Part shown: in pieces, positions 36,601-47,727 of the stretch | Layout: each line of letters begins with the position of its first letter | Position numbering within the stretch: the first letter of the stretch is position 1 | Source: Microthyrium microscopicum | Taxonomy: Eukaryota | Assembly (NCBI GenBank): GCA_010405405.1 | Contig: MU004235.1 | Location: forward strand, 2,286,506 to 2,350,505 | Length of the DNA: 64,000 nt | Reading direction: 5' to 3' | The notes under the pieces: model-generated | What the model was told of the DNA's origin: nothing | The model's database searches: none | Seen by the model: the letters and a program-made list of their open reading frames with translations, nothing else | Position numbers and translations under genes: made by a program

Positions 36601-38188
36601 TTTCCTAAATTCGAGGAGCTTCCCGCAGAAGTTTTCATTACCGGTTGATCGAGAGGATGACCCACACAGCCCATCGTCACTTCAAAGCTTCAATATCCAG
36701 GACTGTACAGTTGACCGACTACCCTATTTATATGCACGATTCAGTCTTTTCATTCAGCCCATTCTAGAGCAAGTCAAATGTCTCATGGTCGCAGAGAAAC
36801 TACGAACCACTGCATTGAAGCATGTTCCCATCAAAGATCTTCAGCATATCGTCACGGCTATCAGTGCACCTTCGGCAGGCTTAACGACTGATTATCAGCG
36901 TTACGAATTCTTTGGCGACTCAGTACTCAAGTTCTTCGTCTCTCATCAACTATTCTGCGAGAAGGAAAACTGGCATGAAGGCTTCCTAACTAAACGCAAG
37001 AGCTATCTCGTTTCGAACCAAAAGCTCGCCCAAGCAGCTTTGAGCCTGAAATTAGATCAATTCATCATGACAGAAGAGGCCAAGATTCGAAAATGGAAAC
37101 CACCAATGATCACCGAAGTCCTCCAAGAACCAGTCAAACAGCGGGAACTATCCATGAAAGTTCTCGCAGATGTCGTGGAAGCATTGATAGGCGCGGCATA
37201 TATCGATAGCGGCTTTGACACTGCAAGAAGGTGCTTGAACGCATTCCTCCCTGAGATCCATATCGAAACTCCACATACCACTCGATCGCTTCCTAGCAGA
37301 GAAAACACGAGTTTCATTGCAAGAGCCGAATCGATTATTGGCTACGAATTCAAGCAGAAAGCTATTCTTCTTGAAGCTCTGACCCATCCTTCCTACCATG
37401 ACTTGAATACCGAATCTTATCAGAGACTGGAGTTCCTTGGCGATTCTGTTTTGGATATGGTCTTGGTCCGTCTGTTGGCTTCGATACACGAAACCACAGT
37501 GCTTACTCCAGCCAAAATGACGTGGATTAAGGCAGCTCTCGTAAATGAAGGGTTTCTTGGGTTTCTATGCCTCGACTACGGTGTGGAGTCAAAACGAGTC
37601 GTCCGCATTGACGAGAAAGCCCCAGGAACATTCGTAAAAAGGGTGACGAACAACTCGTTGTCTATCTGGGCGTTGATGCGACATTCCACGGACCGGAATA
37701 TCACTGCATCACAAGCGGCTTGCAAAGCTCGATACGAGGAATATCGTGATATCATTCATGAGGCTTTAACCACTGGCAAATCTTACCCTTGGCTTGCGAT
37801 TGCGCGATTGAACTTGGATAAGTTCTACTCTGATATGATCGAGTCCATCATTGGAGCTATTTTTATCGATTCGAACGGAGACCTTGACACTTGCGAGGCT
37901 TTTATCAGGCGGATCGGACTCATTACCGTGTTGGAGCGAGTGATACGCGAAGACATTGAAATGCGACATCCAAAGATTCTTTTAGGCATTTTGGCAGACA
38001 CGAAATCAGTATCTTATGAGGAGAAGCGAGTGCAAAGACAGCTGAGCGGTTCGCTCGAGGATCGTTATGTGTGTACGGCGTTGGTGGATAATGCCGAGAT
38101 TGCAACTTCGGGGGACTGTTTGAGCAGAGAGGAGGCAGTCATCGCAGCTGCTATCGAAGCAGTAGAAATCTTGAAGTTAGAAAGGTAG
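33695..38188 (+). CDS. dcl2: Dicer-like protein 2 (DEAH helicase, dimerization/DUF283, 2x RNase III, dsRBD)
   Basis: The short 5' exons are missed by the ORF track: [29 protein letters not shown] and IFDE/AHHC. Then [19 protein letters not shown] and [10 protein letters not shown]. RNase IIIa is [10 protein letters not shown]...[11 protein letters not shown], RNase IIIb is [10 protein letters not shown]...[11 protein letters not shown], followed by an HPK..dsRBD. The catalytic acidic residues are intact. Confidence 0.95.
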
Positions 38189-38303
38189 CGAACGATTCGA
38201 CCACGGTTGGGCACAAAAGTGCACACTGTTATCAGAACTTTTGTCTACTCCCTGAGAAGGTAGTCATACAATTGAGTTGAATATCTCTGCCATTACAAGA
38301 GTA

Positions 38304-41300
38304 TTAATGTTGACGTCTAGTCCTAGAATCAACCATCAGTAGCAGAGCCGCATCAGACACAAAGTGAGATCCGCCAGCGCATCTGTATCCCCCTTCTTGT
38401 TTTATCCAGCGATAACCTACTGGACAAACACCAATATCTCTTAGCTTTCGCTGGGCTTCTTCTTCTTTCCGCTTTTCTTCTCTCGCTATTGCTGCTTTCG
38501 CTTCCCATTCTGCCTGTTTGGCCGCTCTTTCTCTCCGAGCCAATTCTTCTTGAATACGTTTTTGTTCATAGCGTCGTCTCATCTCATTGTCCTCGCTTTT
38601 CTCCTTGACTTCTCGTAGAAGACTTTGTAACTCTACCTCGGCTTTGGCATCTTCTGCTTGAAGTGATGCTCTCAGTTTCTTCTCGGCATCTGTCAATTTC
38701 TGCCGCTGCTTCTCAAGTTCTTCTGCAACAAACTTATCACACTGCAGTTGCTGCCATATAGCATCAGCGACCCCCGCATCCCGCTGATGTTGTGGACTAT
38801 TATTTGCGCAAGGAAGCTCATCGGCATTAAGCTCTCGTGGCTGCTCTGCACCCTCTCTTGTCTGAGCAGACATGCCGGGACCATTTTGAGCGGGGTTTTG
38901 CAGTTGCAATGTTTGAGTAGTATCCTCTAGGCCACCTGAATGCAGCCTTCGAGAAGTGGATGCATTCGCTCTATTAATACGCTCATCGACCATCGATTGC
39001 ACGGCTGCCATTATGTGTTCTGGCCGAAGCATTAATTTAGGACTTTTCTTCGTGATTGTAGAATCTTTTAACAGTGAGCCGTAAATGCTAGTCGCAAGAG
39101 TTTGTAAGTCCCTGGCGTTTCCCCAAGATGAAAGCTTAGCAAGAGTCTCAAATGCGTCGGTCAAGTCTGCTGAGATGCCATCTACAGCGTTTGCAGTGAA
39201 TCGTTCGTCCAGTTTACTCTTCCTCAACAATGTACTCCTCAAAAACTCGACACATTGCCTAGAGCCCAGGCTTTCGAAGACTATTGCCTCTGGAAAGCGG
39301 CTCGTGAGTCCAGGGTTCATTGCCATGAGCCGGTTGATGTCGTTGTCATATCCAGCGAGGATAGTGACCAGCTTCTTGTGGTACTTTGGCTTGGTTAGGC
39401 AGTCTACCAGCTCATCCATTGCCTCTGTGGAAAACCCTCCTTCGGCAAGACGATAAGCTTCGTCAATGAACAGAACCTTGCCCAAAGCTTTTTCGAGCAG
39501 TTTCTGAGTCTTGGGTCCAGTTTGTCCAACATATTGCCCGATAAGATCGGTTGCGGAAGTTTCCACGACCTCTGCCGTGGATAGAAACCCCATGTCGTAA
39601 AATACTTTGCCCATCTTGCGAGCAGTGGTTGTTTTTCCGGTCCCTGTTTTCATAGGTAAGTCACTTCACGAGAATATTTGGAGTCTCCAGATACATACCA
39701 GGCGGGCCACGAAAGAGGAAATTGAATGAAATTCCATCCTTAGGATCGTCTCCAAGTGCTTTCAAGTTTGCAGTGATCTTTTGATATCCTTCCAGCTTTT
39801 GCACAATCTTCTCGCACCCGATGACCCCTTCGAATAGCTTTTTGACATTGGTAGAAGTCCGTTTACCACGATCGAATTCCTCATCGAAGTCGATCGCTTC
39901 GAGTAAGCTATTCTCCTTGGCCTGGCCCGCGGAGACTCTCTTTTGATGACTCATCTTCGCACGGTCTAGGAGTATATCAACTTCTCCAGCATTTCCAAAG
40001 TGAGGCTGATTGCGAGCACGATCCAGAACATCCAGCGCAACGTGTTTAGCCTGATCAGTCGCTCGGAAGCCTTGAGTTTTCAGCTTGAGAGACAAAATTT
40101 GTTGAAGCTCTGGATTATCGAAATCTTCAAAGACAAATGCAGAGGCGATAGGAAATCTTCTCGCCAGTCCAGGATTGACGTTTTGTAGCATAGATTCCAT
40201 CTGGTCTTTGTAGCCTAGCATCAAGACGCAGCGATCCTCTCCTGGGGTACTCTGAACCTCAGCTACGAGAGTATCGACGACTGCTGTTCGGTAGGGATCG
40301 CTTGTGCTTCCACCATTATCGTTTGAAGATCCAGCTAACATATAGGCTTCATCTATGATAAGAACTTTACCGGCTGTAGCAGCTAAGATCGCTTTGGTGT
40401 TACTTTCGGACTGGCCAATAACACTCCCAACAAAGTCCGCAGGGTTCTTGGTAATGACTAAAGCAAGATTAGTATATAGATATAAGCCGGGACAGAGGCA
40501 GATCTGACCTTCACCGCTTGACAAAAGTCCTATATCGGCCAGAATCTGGCCATAAAGCTTGGCAACTGTTGTCTTTCCAGTACCAGGGGAGCCGAGTAGC
40601 ACTCGATTGAGAGAGAATTGAACGTACGGCTGCTCGTCCAATTCGCGTTGATAGTTCGATTGAATGCTGTCGAGAAGAGCTTTGACTGATTCTTTCACAA
40701 CTTTGAGACCAATCATAGTTTGCACCTTCTTCCATGCCACATTATGCTCTAGTGCCGTGGCAGGTTCGGGGCCTATTAAGTCTTCTTTTGTCAGTTGCAG
40801 TACATCAGTTGGTTTCTTCTGTTTTCGCTCAGCCCGAAGTCTCTTGGCTTGTCGGTCAGTTATATGGGCAAAAGTGTTTTGGACTGCTCGCGCATTGCCA
40901 AACCCTTCACGGCCGCGTTTCGTTCCAATTCGTCGGGCTACAATACGAAGATACAAGCCACCAAGCCCACCTTCAATTTTCATAGTGCCCTTGAACTTCT
41001 GTTGAATTCGGTCTTCCAGTATCTGCTGCAACTCGGTATCTTTATAATCTTTGAATTGAAGTTGATATGGGATGCGACTTGGAATACCAGGATTGTGCGC
41101 ATAAAAGGCCTCCATTTGCTTATTGTAGCCGGCAATGATGAAAACAATTTTGCCAGTGAGGTTCTCAATTTCCGCGAGGAGAAAATCCAGAACCTGGCTG
41201 CCACCGAAGCTGTTGGAGGAGACCAGCTGATATGCCTCGTCGATGAAAAAGGCTCCTCCGCCTTCTTCCAGAATGGTTTGGATATGCTTCTTGGCTCCAT

Positions 41301-44300
41301 CAACCCCTTCGCTAGCAAGCCTAGACCCCGATGTCTCGAAGAAATGGTTTCCTGGCAGTACACCCACGGAAGACAAAAAGTCTGCATATAGACGAGCTAC
41401 GGTAGTTTTGCCTAAAGAGCGTCAGCTTCTATACGAAGTCATATCGACACTACCAAACAGGGACTTACCAGTTCCTGGATTGCCCAGAAAGGCTGCACCA
41501 AACCGCTCGTCTTTGAGATTAGTATTCTGACGCACTACGGTATCCACTTTTGACTTGATCGTGAGGAACTGTTGCTTCACTTCTTCTAGCCCAGTCATAC
41601 TCATCAACTTATCTAAAGACTCAAGGGAAGCATTCTCGAATGCTTTCTGATATTCCCAGTCTTCCTTGGCCGGCGATTCGGGCACCATATTTGTAGGCGA
41701 ATGGAGATTGGGCGTAGTAGGCGAGTTGTCAGAATGGCGTGATGTATCTGTCCCCTCCAAATATGAAGGGGCATTGCTCGACTTATCTTGCGAGGACGCC
41801 AAATCTTTAGATCCTGTAGTTTTTGTTGGTCCTGGTGCAGGCGAGCCTTTCTCCGATTGATTGGTCATATTAACAGGACTATTTTCAGTAAGTCCTTGTT
41901 GGGCTTTAACGACTTGTCTTGATCTCAAATCTGCCAGCTCTTTCCTTTGCTGGGCGAGGACTTCCTCTCTGGTCTCCTGATCACGCGCGTCTCTGAGAAT
42001 CCGACGTTCATCCGCGATTTCGTCTTGTAGCTTGAACAATTCAAGAGCGTAGGCACGCTGCTTGGCTTCCCGGTCTGATTCCAGCAAGTTATTGATGCGC
42101 TCCCGCTCTTCGCGTTTGCGTCGCTCGTCTTCACACCTGCGACAAATACTTATTCTTGACTGAAAGCACTGCCATGATAACTTGTGCCCTATCGGGCAGG
42201 TATCCTTTATCCAATGCTGACATTTCATCTTGGAATGGTCGACGAGCTGGTGACATTTGCGCGGGCATTTGTGAGCACCACACTTTAGGATTGCACCACT
42301 GTATATCATTTTTAGCTTTAGTGTCATGGAAGAATCTTCACAAAACTCACCAAGGCTCTACGCAGCCACCATCAGGGCAATGGATGTCGAATTCCTTCTC
42401 ATTCTGGATGAGATTTCGAGATTCAGGATGCCTCTCACACTTGACTGGCAATCCATCATAGATGTGGCCTCCTGCTTTCAAAATATTCAAAAGAGGGGTC
42501 CAAACTTGACTCCCCTTTCTGGTTTGCATGAATGTTGATGCATTCCCAATAAGTATCAAGGCATCTCTTGCTCTTGAAAGCAGCACGTTGACACGTTCTG
42601 GCTCTGCCATGAAGCCAATTTGCCCAATAGCATTGCTTCGTGTCAACGAAACAATAACAATATCGCTTTCTTCTCCTTGGTAGTTATCTGTTCTTAAGAT
42701 TAGAAAATCGCCTTTGTTTTTAGCAAGCAGAAGGATGGACTTGCCTATGGTAGAAAGCCGAATTTGGGGTCTGGCAATTGCTGCACTTGCTGCGGGTAAA
42801 AGACCAGCCTGGACTAGATCAAAAGAGTCCAGGTCGTTCAAAACCGGGTCATTTGAACTTCGCAAGCTGTTGAGAAGCAAGTGTAGCTGACCCAGATATG
42901 GGGTGAGGATGACCAATTTGTCTGTGCCATAGCCTTGCTGCCCAAGATATCGAACGCATTTCAACACCATTTCTACTTCGAACAGGTTCTGCTTACTCAA
43001 GGCCAAATCCGGGTCCCGCTTTTCTGCCACCTGAGACGCTTCGAGCTCAGGATGGTTGTGATTGAAGAAGACCAGCCGATCCTGGAAGCCACGTAATGGG
43101 GGACGATTGGCAGTCCCTGGGGCATCAACAAGGTCTGGATAAGTCAAATTTCTTATCAAAGCAGATATTTCCGGGCTCATGCGATGTTGTTTGAGCAAAG
43201 TGGTATGGGGAACGCCAGCGCTGATAAGCCGTTCGAAAAGAGACACATTGAGATTATAACCGTCGCCCTTTTGTATGGTCAGGCCATAATTGTTGGTCTT
43301 TGGGCGTAGTTGTTTATGATCTCCAATCAAGATGAGCTGTTTTGTATTGGGTGTTAGAGCTGCCAGTGTATGGCACTCCAGAATCTCACCAGCCTCTTCT
43401 ACAATAAGAACGCCGGGAGAGGCGGCCTGGAGTGCTTCTGTGTACATCGCCGCTGCTGTGGTGGTGCACCCTATGACTCGTTTCGATTTGATAAGAGAGA
43501 CGTCCCGTTCGTTCAATAGCTTCTTTAGCGACGCCTGCCTCTTGTTGTAATTTAGCATGAGCTCCTGAATTCCGTCCACTTGATCCCGCAGAATCGCTTC
43601 TTTCCAGCTGTTGAAATGAACCATTCTTGTTTCTAGATCCATGGACCATACATCTACACATGATTTCGGAATGAGGTTCTTGAAAACCCCAGCACTGGAG
43701 CCTTTGACCCACTGGTCAAGTAAATAGAACTTCGAGATGGGCTTTCCGTTTCTGTCGACAACTGTCATTCCGTTGACTCGCTGGGGGAGTACGAAAGACT
43801 CATGAAACGGATATTCGCTGTCAGAAAACTCCAAAAAGTTGAGTATATCACTCCGGTCTCCAGCTCTATCTCGGAAACGCTCGACAATGCGGTGCATGTC
43901 AGACTCGATGTTATCTGCTTCTTGTCTCAAATGATCAATTACACTCCATTTCGCTTGATTGAGCTTGCTGCCCCCACTTTGCTCACGAACGGTTAAACAT
44001 TTCGTCTTCGCGGTGGACTTGGAGCCAAGCCGGATGATGGATTTCGCAGGGATACCAATATCCAGAAGATCTTCTAGAAATTGATCCAAAGCATGGTTGG
44101 TGTAGCATATAACCTGTATGGTTTCATTCGAATGCTTAAAGATTGCTTTTGCAAGCAGTGCTCCTATAAAAGACTTCCCTGTGCCTATATTTGGCCGTCT
44201 CAGTATATTATCCAATGATCACACCAGCCGCGCTTACCTGGAGGGCCTTGAATTAAGCTGACTCGTTTTGATAATCCGGCATCAAAGGACAGCTGCTGAG

Positions 44301-45723
44301 AATCATCCAAGATAATATCTCTCGGCGTATCTAGAATACTCTGAAGTCCTAGCTCCTCATTGTCCAGCATCCTCATTTTGATATCTTCTAGATACGGCGG
44401 CACGTCCTGACTGCTCGAAGTGTCATTGTATTGCAGCAAGTCTCCTGCCAATGGCAGGGCCGTCATTCCTTGCAAGCAGTTCAAAATGGGCTGGTAGGAG
44501 AAGATGGGGGTATCGACCTGAATGAACCGAAGATTTCTGCCGTCCTTGGCAGCCAGCAGGGCCTTTCCAACGGCCGGGCCGTCTGGTATTTCGATAACCA
44601 GAACCGGTGGATCTGCGGATAGTAGACTCTCGTCACGATCGATATTACCGAAAGCTACAATTTGATTTTCGTGCAGCAAGCAACCGAAAGAATTGTGTTT
44701 GATAAATCTTGGGTTTGCTTTCAGGTAATCACGCGTTTCCAATTTTGATCTGCCATGAAGCTGTGGGATGCCATTGAGGCAGTATAGTGCCAGAGCGCAG
44801 GGTTCCCCGTCGCGTTTGACTTTCTGAGTTGAGCCACAATATAGTCCAGCCAAAGCAAGATCTCTAAGCACAACGTTCCGTCGTTTCCCTTTTCTTTGTC
44901 CAAGCGCAACTTGTAGATCCGTTCTCAGTTCAGCTAGCATGTCCTCTCTAAGAAGACGAAACTGGTTGTCAAGGTGGATGGCCGGCCGGGCTTCATCTTC
45001 TTCTTCACAGACCGCAGTTGCAAGGCGATAAAAGGATTTTTCCCTCGATTGTAGCTCATCTGCAGTGGGCAAGATTGCGATGCCTCTGAAATCCGCAAAG
45101 TCATTGTCATGACGACCTCCGGGCTTGTAGAGAGAGTTGTAACCCGTAGATACTGCAGTTACCTGAAGAACGTCTTTGATCTTCTCTCCAAAGGAGCGAG
45201 TTTCAAACAGTTTGGCACCAAGAAAAGTCCTCTCATGAGTGAAGCTCTCTGCAGTAGTCCGCTTGTCATCCGGGCCCACGGCAGGAGATATGAGTAGCTC
45301 CAGCAACAACCAACCAAGCCAGCGAGTCGCGTCATCAGTAAGACATTGGGTCTTTTGCGCTTGAAGGAGAGCATGCCAGAAGGTTGGGGGTTCAGTTACG
45401 ACTTTGAGCACCGTGTGCAGCAACTGGCCACTGCAAAGAGCCTTGATGGATGGGTGAGCAATGTACTGCAAGAACTGGGTGATGTGCTTGTTGATGAACT
45501 CCGGGGACACATCGTATCTCAAGCTGCGATGAAGACTCTCCAGTGCTGCCGTGCTGGCAGCTAGCTTTTCGATGCATATAGTAGGGTCAGGCTCGCAGCA
45601 AATAGACTCCAGGAGGAGTGTGCCACTGTGTAAGCTATCGACGAGTTTTTTACCAGAAAGTACGCCCCCCAAGAATCTCTTGAGCTGTGTCTTCCTTGCG
45701 GTCGAGAGGATTGGGGCGGCCAT
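38304..45723 (-). CDS. ZNFX1/Upf1-like SF1 RNA helicase with NFX1-like Cys/His fingers, fused to three CbbX/SpoVK-like AAA+ ATPase domains (~2,364 aa)
   Basis: Six introns (44185-44237, 42688-42744, 42299-42350, 41412-41468, 51 nt at ~40458-40508, 39644-39698) join five ORFs in frame. ZNFX1-type motifs: PGGRHDNDFADFR..ILPT and HLDNQFRLLRED. Helicase motifs: QGPPGTGKS, YTNHALDQFLE, VEEAGE, IGDHKQLRP, SLFERL, QHRM, TIDNYQGEE and RVNVLLSRAR. Finger: CGAILKCGAHKCPRKCH. AAA Walker A/B pairs: GNPGTGKT/FIDEAY, GSPGTGKT/IIDEAY and GPPGTGKT/FIDEAY, each followed by a FGNA/WGNA motif. Confidence 0.9.
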
Positions 45724-46276
45724 TTGAGCCGCAGCGTACTGAAAAGTTCTCGAATAGATTTGACGCGCGTTCTCAGCAATTAGCGAATGCCAAAAAGTGA
45801 TAGATTTGAAGGAAGGATAGCCAAAATCGGCGAACAAATATCGGAATGTGATAAGTGTTGTCAAGGTTGAGGTATAAAGAGCAAGTAGTTTGGCTGAAGG
45901 CCAGTTTGCGTAAATTTACTGGTCCGTAGTCATTGAGATGAGATGGGCAGGAGAACAAAACCGAAGTGTGAGATCTGAATCCAGCCTCTTTGTATTGGGC
46001 AAGGAGGTATGCTCCATTTTATCGGCAGCCTGCATGAAAGACAACGTTCTGTATGATGAGTCGCCATCCATGAATTATTGTGTTACGCGAGGATACACAA
46101 TCTGGGTCCTTCCTCAAATTGCTTCGCTTCTCTCCAATTTCTTGCGCTTTTGATCTGCTTCTCCCAGTGTCTGAGTTGTTCCATATATGTTGTGTGGAAT
46201 GCAATAAGTAGAACACCTTGCTATCTTCAAGCATTTCAGACTCAAAATACTCCCTTGTGGAGCTTCTACCCCAGAC

Positions 46277-47727
46277 ATGACCTTTCTACCCCAGAAAAGA
46301 GGCGGTAAATGGATACCCAGAGGCAGAGACAGCACACCCTGGCGAAAGCAGTCTCAGGCTGTTGAGCTACCAGTTGGGCCATCTTTGACTACCATCGCCC
46401 ACGCTGATATCGGTTTCGGCGCTGAGTTCGATAAGGATTCCGCATTGATTGATTCATGTGAATACATGGCCTCATATAGTTGGAAGGCTGTGAAGCGTCC
46501 AACAATCTTGGTACCTGGTGAGCTAAAATACTTACTGCTACTTGCGCAGGCCTCAGGCTAATAAATGTTCGTCTTCAAGGTAAGCCTCCAGCGTGGTCGC
46601 CACCTGCTCAGACAAGACAACTCCAGGCTGATCATGGAGATTACTTTCGTGACCCAAACGCAGCACGCTTTCCACAGTTTCCCACTGAGCCAGCAGTCCA
46701 GGCTGTCCTTATGCAGAACCCCGACCATTCTATGAATGACATCGATATCTTTGCTTGTGCCAGTACCCTTGGGAACCTCCTGAGATTCGCCCGAAATATC
46801 GACCGACCCTTCCGATTCAACCTGGAGCTCATTGGCAATACGATATTCTTGGTCCGCAAGGAGAGCTCCCCCACAGCTCTGATCGAAGATATCCGAGGAT
46901 ATGGCCATACATTTCCAGAATCATACACCAGCTGGGAGCCAGATGTCAAACGATCATCTTCGCATCAGCGAATCGTACGCTATCACTTTGGAGGCTTGAA
47001 TTGCCTGGTTCGATTCGGGACTGATGGTTACTACAAGGATATTGCCAAAGGTGGTGGTGAAGATACTCAGAAGAGCCCAAGCGACACTGGAACAACCATG
47101 TTAGAGGATCTGGAAGAGTTGACAGTTTCTGGTGCGGGAAGACCGGCTACAACCGAGAATGGCGCTGAAAGTCTACTTCAGGCTGAAAAAGCCGGGCAGC
47201 CCATTTCTCAGGACGCGATTCTTGAGATCAAGACCAAGCATGGCAAGTTCCCAATCGACATGGCAGACGTTTACCCGCGGCTCTGGGTTACCCAAATTCG
47301 CAATTTTGTTCTTGCCTACCACGATAGAGGAGTGTTCAACGACGTCCGACAGCAGGATCTCCATGAAGACGTGGAAAAATGGGAGCAAGACAACAATGAG
47401 TCTTTGTGCAGACTGGTCGTACTATTGCACAAGATTATCTCTTTTGCAAAGAAAAATCCCGAAGCCAAATTGGAGGTTGTCAGGAAGGAGGGTGGTGATC
47501 TCGAAATTCGAGAGCAAGCGTACCTCGGGCAGGACACCCTCACTGAGGCTACAAAGGCTCGTTGGCTGACAGATGTCGAATCAGGTTCTGGTAAAGTCAT
47601 CCACTCTGAAGAAGAAGAGGAAGAATTCGGAGATGCTCAAGACTATTTCGAGGACGACGATGAGGAGCCAGATTACACAGCCTGCTCCGCAGATCACTGT
47701 GGTTATTGTGGCAGATGTACGTACTAA
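46277..47727 (+). CDS. Uncharacterised fungal protein with DXO/Rai1-like (PD-(D/E)xK) nuclease motifs and a C-terminal acidic/4-Cys tail
   Basis: Two exons (intron ~46518-46579): ASYSW..PTILVPG/KPPAW, GYGHTFPE, HQRIVRYHFGGLNCLVRFGTD, LEIKT and RLWVTQ. The tail is EEEEEEFGDAQDYFEDDDEEPDYTACSADHCGYCGRCTY. The gene call is firm; the fold assignment is inference. Confidence 0.7.

Noticed and set aside
46264..46295. 12-bp direct repeat TTCTACCCCAGA flanking the ATG of the DXO-like gene
   Set aside because: Only two copies of a local micro-duplication, with no supportable function.
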